The notes beneath the pieces are model-generated. The model was given only the letters and a program-made list of their open reading frames with translations, ran no database searches and was not told the DNA's origin. A stretch of 40,376 bases of DNA, taken from assembly GCA_943788985.1 (NCBI GenBank), contig CALSSJ010000037.1:1-40376 (forward strand). Direction: 5' to 3'. The position numbers were made by a program, and so were the translations under genes. Below are positions 20,559-29,229 of the stretch, piece after piece. Position 1 is the first letter of the stretch. Each line of letters starts with the position of its first letter. Origin of the DNA: an uncultured Lentisphaerales bacterium. Its GTDB lineage: Bacteria > Verrucomicrobiota > Lentisphaeria > JABSQK01 > UBA12247.

Positions 20559-21614
20559 CTACTCGCCATCCCAGTCGTTAATCTTCAAAATGAAGCCAGC
20601 AGTCGGGAACTCATCGTGGCAGGCGAGATACAGGTAGTCTGGCTTTCCGTCCTTCCAAAGGATACTGGGACGCTCGCTGCGCGCGAGATTGTGACCAAAA
20701 TAGATCTCGTTCGTTTGATACCCTACCTGCGGAAGTCCCCAGTCGAGGCCGTCTTTGGATTGATAGATCAGGCCGGGCCGAAAGCCGCCAGAGCGAATCT
20801 TCGTGGGCACTGGCTTGCCTTCTAACATGCCTTTTACATCCTGGCGGTCCTCAACGATCATGTAGTACATTCCCTTGTGATAGAACGCGTAGGGATCTTC
20901 GATGTCAATTTCCTTGTCTGCGTAGCTGAGCACTGGATTGACCACATGCCGCTTGTACGGCCCTTCAAGCTTATCGCTCACTGACAGGGAGATTTCACGA
21001 ATGAGCTTCTTTCCCTTTTTTATCATGGTCTTGTGGTAGATCCTGAAGCTGCCATCAGGCGCAGCCACGAAGGTGGGATTGGAGGCATGAAATGCGTTCA
21101 CTTCCGAGGCGGCGATGATCGGGTTGTGTGGACTTTCCGTCCAAGGGCCGCCTAAGGATTCAGCGGTGGCGATGCCAACCTGTTGCCAAGAACCGTTGCC
21201 ATCCGCGCGCCGATTCATCAGGTAAACGAGTACGTACCGGTCAGCCACTTTGGAAACTTGGGGATTGTGGTAACTGACCGCTTTGCTGGCAAACACGTCT
21301 CCCAGCAGTGTATACGGGCCTTCTGGCTTGTCTGCAACCCAGTGGGCGATTTTGCTTTGCTTGACCCAACTGCCCTCTTCTGGGATAATTGAATTGAAGA
21401 TATGGACCTTACCCGCTTCGTCGTAGATAGGCGCCATGCCCCAGGTCCAGGTGCCTTTCTCGGCAGGTAGGATAAAGGGCCCCGGCGTTAAGGACTTTAC
21501 AAACGCAGATTCTTCAACGGCCTCGGTGGCTGGCGAGACGACGCTCAAGGCCAGCGCCGCTGCTGTCGCGGGAGCTTTGATATGATTCATTATGGCTCTT
21601 AGTTTCTTTTTCAT
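20559..21614 (-). CDS. Secreted five-bladed beta-propeller glycoside hydrolase (GH43/32/68/117-like clan)
   Basis: WTWGMAPIYD, IAHWVADKPEGPY, HNPQV, SNPTF, EDPYAF and ERPSIL motifs; signal peptide. Confidence 0.75.
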   Translation of the reverse strand: MKKKLRAIMNHIKAPATAAALALSVVSPATEAVEESAFVKSLTPGPFILPAEKGTWTWGMAPIYDEAGKVHIFNSIIPEEGSWVKQSKIAHWVADKPEGPYTLLGDVFASKAVSYHNPQVSKVADRYVLVYLMNRRADGNGSWQQVGIATAESLGGPWTESPHNPIIAASEVNAFHASNPTFVAAPDGSFRIYHKTMIKKGKKLIREISLSVSDKLEGPYKRHVVNPVLSYADKEIDIEDPYAFYHKGMYYMIVEDRQDVKGMLEGKPVPTKIRSGGFRPGLIYQSKDGLDWGLPQVGYQTNEIYFGHNLARSERPSILWKDGKPDYLYLACHDEFPTAGFILKINDWDGE

Positions 21615-21850
21615 GATTCTTGCCCTTCCTTTTGCCTCTTGCCCTTTTTGGGGGCTGGTGCCAAGCCCCGGTGCTTGGCCAGAATAGCGGCCAGGTCCTC
21701 CACCACCCCCGGATGGTCAATGTAGACCTTCGTGGTCTGCGCAAGATCGGTTTCGAGATCGTAAAACTGCGGAGGCGGAATGCCCTGCTTCAGCTTTCCG
21801 TTTACTAAATTGCTATTCTCGCGCCCTGAGAAAGAGATTTGCCGCTGGTC
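21611..21850 (-). pseudogene. 3' remnant of a sulfatase
   Basis: PPPQFYDLETDLAQTTKVYIDHPGVVEDLAAILAKH is a typical sulfatase C-terminus. Its stop overlaps the next start (ATGA); there is no catalytic N-terminus. Confidence 0.75.
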
Positions 21851-21959
21851 CCCAGAGGCATGGCTTCCCAAGGCGGGTAGGATAGAACACATATCGATTG
21901 GTACAATATGTTTTTCCTGACTTAATTCTCATCGAGGGGACATTCCGGACACGTGGGAG

Positions 21960-22730
21960 TCAGTCGCCTGCAGCATGAGACCACATGCCTCTGGCGCGCC
22001 TCGCGCGGCCGGGAAAGCGCGTGGTCTCGTAGAAGTCCACGCGGCTTGCATGTCCATCGCCAAACAGATAGTTGAACTTGTAGGGGCTGTGAAGGCCGTC
22101 TTGCCCTGTTTGGGCAGTCAGCCCCAAGCCTCCCCAGGCGAGTTGGAAATCCGGTTGCCGGATGCCCCAGGCCCACTTGCCCCCCAAGCGATTGCGCGTG
22201 AACGCATACTCCCCTAGGACGATTGTGCCGACTGCATCGATCTCACCGACCTTCACCGATGGATCTGGAAAGTTGGGCGCATCGCCTCCTGCTATGCCTT
22301 GCCGGTCCAGGCCGTGTGCGTTTAGGGAATAGGTTCTAGTGTAGCCACTCTCGCGAACGACGTTGTCATTGGGGCACTGGTACAATTCCATCCCAATGGC
22401 GAATTGAGCGTCCGAAGGATTTGAGGCTTCCTTCTGAGCCGTAGTCAGGCTACGACCATCGTAGTCGCCCAGGCTGTCGTCCCAGGTTGTGATGCGATGC
22501 GAGCCCCCCGAGCGAAGGTGAACGACGCCGTATGGGAAATAGCCGTCGTAATCGATCTGGTAGCTGGCAAGTGACAGGGCTGCCTGTTTCAGGTTGTTGA
22601 TACAGGCGGTGCCCCTCGCCTTGTAGCGCGCCTGTGCTAGAGAGGGAAGCAGCAGCGACGCCCGAATTGCGATGATCGTAATCACCACCAGTAGTTCAAT
22701 GAGTGTAAAAAGACGCTGGTTCTTCATCAT
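21960..22730 (-). CDS. Prepilin-type N-terminal cleavage/methylation protein with H-X9-DG-like C-terminal motif (DUF1559-like)
   Basis: [43 protein letters not shown] and [14 protein letters not shown] motifs; AGAGG RBS. Confidence 0.9.
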   Translation of the reverse strand: MMKNQRLFTLIELLVVITIIAIRASLLLPSLAQARYKARGTACINNLKQAALSLASYQIDYDGYFPYGVVHLRSGGSHRITTWDDSLGDYDGRSLTTAQKEASNPSDAQFAIGMELYQCPNDNVVRESGYTRTYSLNAHGLDRQGIAGGDAPNFPDPSVKVGEIDAVGTIVLGEYAFTRNRLGGKWAWGIRQPDFQLAWGGLGLTAQTGQDGLHSPYKFNYLFGDGHASRVDFYETTRFPGRARRARGMWSHAAGD

Positions 22731-22994
22731 GCTACTTCCTCTTACGCACGCCGGTCACTACGTCCTGACACTGCGGCATCGTTGGCGGGACCTGTCACGC
22801 CTGCCAGCGACAATACCCGCACGCCTGCGACAATGCAACGTGTTTAGGAAGCTGCTCTGGCGAGGCTGCTGCATGCATAACTAACGGTTTCTGTGCCCTA
22901 AACGAATGTGCTTGTTTCTGAAGGGGGAGCATCTCCCAAGCGTAGCGTTCGCTCATGAGGATGACGCTTGCGGCGTTGAATAGCGATTCATGGG

Positions 22995-23831
22995 TTGCTC
23001 GCGCATCATTCACGCCGTGATTCATTCGATTCTCCCGTCCGGAATTCGTGGCCTGATTGGGTATCAGAGGGAGCAAGATTTCAAGGATGCAGCGCAAGCT
23101 TTCGCCTGACGAGAGCGGCTGGCGCTGCCGACCACTACCGGTCCTCGTGGCATGAGCTGTCTAGCGGGCAGTTTGCCGCGGACTTTTCGTTACAGGTCAC
23201 GCAGTTGCCGAGTTGGAATCCCGCGCAACAACAGCCGGTGGAGGGACCGGAGGCGTCACGGGCGGTGAATCGCGAGTCGATGCGATTGGTGGCTGAGAGC
23301 GTCCCTAACACTGCTATGGCCGTCACGATCGATACCGGCGATGCCATCGCCCTGCACCCGAAGAGCAAGAAGCCCATTGGCAATCGCCATGCTTACCTAG
23401 CCTTGGCGCAGACCTATGGCAAGGAGATCGTGGCAAGTGGCCCGAAATACCAGAAGAAAAGCATCACCGATGGCGCGATCGTACTCGAGTTCGCCTCCGT
23501 GGGCAGCGGCCTGATGGCAGCGCACCCCGGCAAGCTCGATGCCTTTGCCATCGCCGGAAAGGACCAGATCTGGCATTGGGCAGACGCTGAGATCGTAGAC
23601 CGCACGGTGCGAGTTTCGGCTGCGGCGGTTGCGGCTCCAGTGGCGGTTCGCTACGCCTGGGCCATGAATCCCTCTCAGCGCAACCTGCTCTACAACCGCG
23701 AAGGCCTACCGGCCTCGCCATTTCGTACAGACAGCTGGCCGCTCTTTGACCCAGATGCTGAAGTGATCACGGTACACAAGCCGAAGAAAGAGCGCGGCTA
23801 CGAGTCCCAGGATTGGAAACGCCCCCAATGA
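22995..23831 (+). pseudogene. Sialate O-acetylesterase (SASA/SGNH) with decayed, truncated 5' part
   Basis: Intact 3' part: QLP, VPNTAMAVTIDTGD..LHPKSKKPIGNR, SGP, AVRYAW, LYNREGLPASPFRTD. An out-of-frame upstream relic HAVIHSILPSGIRGLIGYQREQ resembles the MIHP..IRGAIWYQGE block. Confidence 0.82.
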
Positions 23832-23844
23832 CGCAATAGCGCAG

Positions 23845-23928
23845 CCTGGGAGCGCAGGCGTCCCGCCTGCCCCACAACGCACAACCCACACGACGCATAG
23901 ATGCGGGCGAGCCGCCCGCGGTCCCAGG
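23845..23928. repeat. Inverted REP-like doublet (REPIN/BIME-like)
   Basis: Arms at 23845-23870 and 23903-23928 are 21/26 identical in inverted orientation. Each carries a perfect 7-bp hairpin (GCAGGCG-TCC-CGCCTGC; GCGGGCG-AGC-CGCCCGC). Confidence 0.7.
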
Positions 23929-24070
23929 TTGAGGGCGGCGGTGCGAACTCCGCAATCTTAGCAGTGGTGCGCTCGGTGATCGCCACAACCGACTGGTGCT
24001 GTAGGCAGGCTTCCAGCCGTTCAACCTATCGTGTCAACTGCTCGTAATCGGGAATGCCCGTGCAGAGCGG

Positions 24071-25234
24071 ATGACGAGCAATTCACAAGAGAAGGACAGC
24101 ACAATGAAGCAGGTAGGCTCCGCCACGAGAACGGATGCGCGGACATCCCATTTCGCTGAAGAGCTCTGCGCCTTGTCGCAGAGCTGCGTGCCTGAATCAG
24201 GCTTGCCTAGTCAAAGGAACGGCTCTCGCCCCCTCACGCCCACCTCCCACCCCGCTCACTGGAGCTCTCGCTACGACCGATTCCAAAGCTGCCCGGCTTC
24301 CAAGTCCCTGGATTCATCTCGCTCTGCCACTTCTCACCAACCCGCCGTTGAGAGCGGCTCGCGCATTATCAAGAGATACCTTGCGCAAGGCGGAAATCTC
24401 GACGATGTGCTACGCACTAGTTATTGTGCGATCGGCATGGCCGTAGACGAGGGTAGCGAGTGGGCCTTTGACGTGCTGCGGACGTCGGGTGCCTCGCTTC
24501 GCTTCTCCGCTGACCGGCCCGATTTCCTGATCTTTGCGGCGGCAGCCAGCCGCAACCTCAGCCTGGCGCAGCGACTCATCGAAGAGTTTGGGTTCGATGT
24601 CAACGCGTCTGACACCTGCGGCTCTACTCCTTACATCGTTGCTTTAGGTGCTGGCGATGTGGCCATGGCTACACTGTTCACGAGGCTCGGTGCCGATACG
24701 ACTGCCTCCACCGAAGATGGCCGACAGGCCGTCCACTTCGCGGCAGCTGGCGGTTTGGTCGAGTGGCTTCGGACCTTCTTGGTGCAGCGCGAGCGTGACG
24801 AGTTGGGCATTGCTGATGCCTCGCTCATGGACGTCGCAGTCAAGAATGGCCAGCGGGAAATCATCGCGCTGTTGCAGGAGTACGGCATGGACGCTCCGCT
24901 GCCTGACGTCGAGCCGCAGCGGATTTCCCCCCAGCCACCGCGAATCAAATACTGCGACCGACTGGTCCGCCGCCACATCGCCGCCGGGAGGGTGTCATTT
25001 CTGGATTCCGTGCTTGCCGGTGCCTGTAGGAAAGATACAGCCATAGCAGCCGTAGCCCGCTTCTCAATCCTGCGAGCTCTTTGTGAACGATGCGGGGCAG
25101 CTAAAATGGATACCGTCCGCAAGCTGTTCGTCTTTCACCTGCCGGAGGGCCCTGCGGACCAGGTCAAAGCCTCTTACGAGGCAATCATTGCCATGGCTGA
25201 ACGCGTTGGCACCGTCGAGCTGGCGGCAATGTAG
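24071..25234 (+). CDS. Ankyrin-repeat protein with CxxC-containing C-terminal domain (module 1); 5' end probably frameshifted (~24340-24362), start uncertain
   Basis: FDVNASDTCGSTPYIVA, GADTTASTEDGRQAVHFAA and LMDVAVKNGQREIIALL. The paralog-like leader PSPWIHLALPLL lies in another frame. Confidence 0.8.
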   Translation: MTSNSQEKDSTMKQVGSATRTDARTSHFAEELCALSQSCVPESGLPSQRNGSRPLTPTSHPAHWSSRYDRFQSCPASKSLDSSRSATSHQPAVESGSRIIKRYLAQGGNLDDVLRTSYCAIGMAVDEGSEWAFDVLRTSGASLRFSADRPDFLIFAAAASRNLSLAQRLIEEFGFDVNASDTCGSTPYIVALGAGDVAMATLFTRLGADTTASTEDGRQAVHFAAAGGLVEWLRTFLVQRERDELGIADASLMDVAVKNGQREIIALLQEYGMDAPLPDVEPQRISPQPPRIKYCDRLVRRHIAAGRVSFLDSVLAGACRKDTAIAAVARFSILRALCERCGAAKMDTVRKLFVFHLPEGPADQVKASYEAIIAMAERVGTVELAAM

Positions 25235-25389
25235 GCCGAGACCTTTCGAACCAGAAGCGAGGAACACAGAGCCTAAGTCATACGAAGTTTCTCCCCGTCC
25301 CTTCTCGACCACTTTTCGCGAGTTATGTGGGAATGCAGGAGGTCGGTAAAACCGTCTTACACGAAAAACAAAACGGCAGAGAAAATATT

Positions 25390-25458
25390 ATGGAAGTCCT
25401 TGGAACAATTGTTGGCCTCGTTATTATTTTGGTGATGCTGGCGGGTCTGACTAAATGA
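25390..25458 (+). CDS. Putative 22-aa single-TM peptide MEVLGTIVGLVIILVMLAGLTK
   Basis: ATG...TGA mini-ORF, almost entirely hydrophobic, with an A-rich purine leader and only a weak RBS. Confidence 0.35.
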   Translation: MEVLGTIVGLVIILVMLAGLTK

Positions 25459-25539
25459 CCGGCATGACGCAGAGTCGTTGATTTCCAAGATGAGAGACGA
25501 AAGATGTGTGATTGAATCGTATCGCACTTCTTCCCGTAT

Positions 25540-27238
25540 TTGCTCGTTGAAACTGCAGTACCTCGCCGCCTACTTCCCCCCCATCCCCGCTGTCCGGATC
25601 CCCTTATGCCTAACCCTTGGTTTGAGCTGGCTCTTCCTCTTTTTACGGCTCGTCCCGAACACCGTGTGGCTGTCGTCCAGAGGTACCTTGACCGCGGCGG
25701 CAATCTCGACGCTGCGCAGCGGTTTGGTAGGGTTGCAATTGGCATGGCGATCAGCAGGGGAGATGAGCACGCCTTCGACTTGCTGCGGACGTCCGGCGCC
25801 AGCCTTCGCTTCTCCGCAAGACATCGCAACTTCCTGATTTTTGCGGCAGCAGGCAGCCGCAATCTTGGCCTGGCCCGGCGACTGATCGAAGAGTTTGGTT
25901 TCCATGTAAATGCGACTGACGAGTGCTGCTTGACCCCTTATCTGGCCGCGTTGCAGGCTGGGGACCTGGCCATGGCCGCATTGTTTGTGTCACTCGGTGC
26001 CGACACGACTGGGCCGCACCTCGGATGGCCGCCAGGCAGTCGATTACGCGGCCGCTGGCGGTTTGGTCGACTGGGTGCGGACCCACTTGGAACAGCAAGG
26101 ACTCGACGAGCTAGACATTGCCTATTCCGCGCTCATGCAGCTTGCGCGCAAGAATGACCAGACGGAGATCAACGCGATGTGGGAGGAGTTGGGGTGCGAT
26201 CCTCCCCCGCGTGAATCAGAAGCACCGACTCGCTCGGGCCCAGACAGCGAAGCTCCTGATCCCTGGTTTGACCTCGCGTTCCCGCTTTTCAACGTTGTCC
26301 CCGAGCGCCGTCTGGCGGTCATCCAAAGGTATCTGGCGAGGGGCGGCAATCTCGACGCCGAGCAGCGGAGTGGCGATGTTGCGATCGGCATGGCCGTAGA
26401 CGAGGGTAGCGAGTGGGCCTTTGACGTGCTGCGGACGTCGGGTGCCTCGCTTCGCTTCTCCGCCGAGTGGCCCGAGTTCCTGATCTTCGCGGCGGCAGCT
26501 AGCCACAACCTTGGCTTAGCACGGCGACTCGTCGAAGAGTTTGGGTTCGCTGTGAATGCCTCCAACGAATACGGTGTTACCCCATATTTGATCGCTTTGG
26601 ATGCTGGTGATCTCCCTATGGCAACACTGTTCGCAACATTGGGGGCCGACACCACTGCCTGCACCGAGGATGGGCTGCAGGCAGTCCATTTTGCCGCCGG
26701 GAGCGGGCTGGTCGAGGTGGTGCGGCGGAACCTGGAGCAGCACGGGCTTGACGAGCTGGACACTGCCCATGACTCGCTCATGGACGTCGCTGTCAAGAGT
26801 CACCAGCCAGCAATCATCGCTCTTCTGCAGGAGTACGGCATGGAAGCTCCGCCGCCTGACGAAGAAGAAACACGACCGTCTCCGCCTCAACCAATCAGCA
26901 CGATCGCTTTCTTCGATCAACTGGTGCGCCGTTTTGTCAGAGCTGGAAAGGTCCCCGTCCTCGACTCGATGCTTGACGGGCATGGGAGAGGAACACGCAT
27001 GGCGGACTTGGCCCGATTCTCGATCCTGCGAGCCGTCTGCGAGCATTGCGGGGCAGGGGACAAGGATGTCGTTTTTACAATGTTTTTCCGGCACCTGCCG
27101 ACTGGCCCTCCCGAGGAGATCAAAGCCTCCTATGATGCCATCATTGCGATGTCTAAACGCGTTGGCGACTTGGACATGGCTGCGGAATGCAGCGCACGCC
27201 TTCTGCGTGCAATCGCCGACGGACTGGCCTGCGCATGA
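25540..27238 (+). CDS. Ankyrin-repeat protein with internally duplicated ankyrin module (modules 2+3) and CxxC C-terminal domain; one frameshift at ~26012
   Basis: ORFs 25540-26157 and 25985-27238 join at GADTT|RTSDGRQAVDYAA. Both modules begin P.PWF.LA.PLF and contain QRYL.RGGNLD and LRTSGASLRFSA. Confidence 0.8.
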
Positions 27239-27390
27239 CTGAATGTTTCCGGACCTACCAAAAGCCGCCATCTCTCATCACCACCAAGGACATCGCAATG
27301 GACCAATTCAGTAAGGTAACCTGGCGTCAACTGAGCTTCATTCCATCGTTCACCAGCTTGCGCCAAATCCGGATGCCCATATCGTTTAAT

Positions 27391-27984
27391 ATGCTCAACT
27401 TAGGATCATTCGTCGCCGTACTTCTGCTCGCGCTTTTTTGCGGCGTGTGTGCGGAAGCAGGCCCCGCATCTGGGGTCTTTGGCTCAGCAGCCTCTCTCGT
27501 GCATCCCAAGCTGATTCGTCTCTTCTCCGGCACTATGGCAGACGTGGGACCGTCTGCCGTACAGACGGTGAATGTCAGTGCATCTGCAAAGTTGGGCAAC
27601 GAGTATCATGTCGCTGACGTCCAGCGCCACAATAGCCTGGTCTATGTGGACGACGACCAATCTGGCAGGGCTTGGTTTGGCTACAAGTATCTTGGGGCGA
27701 TGACGGGACAGATCCACGTGCTGCGCACCTTGGACTGCGGCGGCGGCAGCGGTGTTTTCCACGATCTGTTGCTAGTTCAGGAAGAAGCCGCGCCGAATGG
27801 CGACCGGCTTTTGACCTTTGTGGCGCAACGCTCTCTTGGCGACCGGACCGATGCCAGTGTGACAGTCGAGGCAGAACGAGTCATGGTCGGGCCAGGCCGC
27901 AATCGTGGCAGCGGGCGCTGGGACGGCTTCGTGCTGACTTTGGCCGAGTTGAATTCCCCCTCAAGCAATGAGGATGAGAAGTAA
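27391..27984 (+). CDS. Secreted hypothetical protein
   Basis: Signal peptide MLNLGSFVAVLLLALFCGVCAEA, then a globular region (VHPKLI, FGYKYLG, GGGSGVF, LGDR). It ends 3 nt before sbcD. Confidence 0.7.
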   Translation: MLNLGSFVAVLLLALFCGVCAEAGPASGVFGSAASLVHPKLIRLFSGTMADVGPSAVQTVNVSASAKLGNEYHVADVQRHNSLVYVDDDQSGRAWFGYKYLGAMTGQIHVLRTLDCGGGSGVFHDLLLVQEEAAPNGDRLLTFVAQRSLGDRTDASVTVEAERVMVGPGRNRGSGRWDGFVLTLAELNSPSSNEDEK

Positions 27985-27987
27985 ACG

Positions 27988-29205
27988 ATGCGGTTCATTC
28001 ATACAGCAGATTTTCACCTTGGTAAGACCCTTTGCCAGCACTCGCTATTGGAGGATCAGTCCTATATCCTTGGCGAGATAAAGCGCGTCATCAAGGCTGA
28101 AAAACCAGACGCGGTGATTATCGCCGGGGACTTGTATGATCGGTCTGTGCCGCCCGCGGATGCAGTCAGCGTTCTGGATGATTGGTTGGCAGACGTTGTT
28201 CTGGAGATGGGCGTACCGGTGTTGGCAATCGCTGGCAACCACGATTCTGCCTCGCGGCTTCAGTTTGGCTCGGGGATGCTGCAGAAAGCCGGCTACCACA
28301 TGGCTGCTTTGCCATCCCGCGGAATCGGCCATGTCCGCCTGGAGGATGCCGCTGGTCCAGTCGATGTCTTTCTTCTTCCCTACGCAGATCCGCCGTACGT
28401 ACGAGACTATTTTCTTGCACGTGCCGGCGATGATGAGACGGCACGCGAAGCAGCAGCAGAGATTCGTGAACACGATCAGGCAATGAAGGCGTGGATGGCA
28501 CACTTGGCCGACCTGCGCGGCAACGAGGGCATGGATAGCAAGCGGGCCGTGCTTGTTGGGCATGCCTTCGTCCAAGGCGGTGACGTTTCCGACTCGGAGC
28601 GCAAGCTGTCGGTTGGGGGCGCCGACCAGGTGCCCGCCGATCACTTTGCCGGGCTCGATTATGTCGCGCTCGGGCATCTTCACAAGCCGCAGCAGATGCT
28701 TGGTGGCACGGTCCGCTACAGCGGATCGCCCCTGAAGTACTCGATTTCTGAGGCCGAACATCAGAAATGCCTGCTGATGGTTGAACTGGATGGTGATGGG
28801 CAGGTCGAGGTGACGGAGATTCCGCTGGCCGCGCGGCGCGATCTGAGCATTCTCGAGGGCACCCTCGACGAGATTGTCGAAGCCGGGACTGCTGCAAAAG
28901 CGGAAGGCAGGGATGAGGATTATATCCACGCGAGGGTGATTTCTGACGAGGTGCTTCACGAGCCCATGCGCAAGATCAAGACGGTGTGGCCGCATGCCCT
29001 GTCCATGGAGCGCGTATTAACCCGCGTGGCCGGGGACAACACGGTTGGGAGTGGCCAGGAAAACACGATTTCACAGCGGCTTGCAGAACGCCCACTCGAC
29101 GAGCTGTTCGGCGACTTCCATCGACAGCTTCTCGAGCGTGATTTGGGCGACGATGCGCTCACTGTGGTGCAGACGACTGTGACGGACCTTAACCGCCATG
29201 AGTAG
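27988..29205 (+). CDS. sbcD: Exonuclease SbcCD subunit D (Mre11-like metallophosphoesterase)
   Basis: HTADFHLG, AGDLYD, AGNHDS, GHAFV, SDSER.LSVGG, ALGHLH and RYSGSPLKYSISE motifs. Confidence 0.96.
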   Translation: MRFIHTADFHLGKTLCQHSLLEDQSYILGEIKRVIKAEKPDAVIIAGDLYDRSVPPADAVSVLDDWLADVVLEMGVPVLAIAGNHDSASRLQFGSGMLQKAGYHMAALPSRGIGHVRLEDAAGPVDVFLLPYADPPYVRDYFLARAGDDETAREAAAEIREHDQAMKAWMAHLADLRGNEGMDSKRAVLVGHAFVQGGDVSDSERKLSVGGADQVPADHFAGLDYVALGHLHKPQQMLGGTVRYSGSPLKYSISEAEHQKCLLMVELDGDGQVEVTEIPLAARRDLSILEGTLDEIVEAGTAAKAEGRDEDYIHARVISDEVLHEPMRKIKTVWPHALSMERVLTRVAGDNTVGSGQENTISQRLAERPLDELFGDFHRQLLERDLGDDALTVVQTTVTDLNRHE

Positions 29206-29229
29206 TATGAATCTGGAGCCAGTCAGAAG

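Noticed and set aside
24071..27238. Ankyrin repeats as a diversity-generating retroelement TR/VR pair
   Set aside because: There is no reverse transcriptase in the window, differences are not adenine-specific, and all copies are coding.
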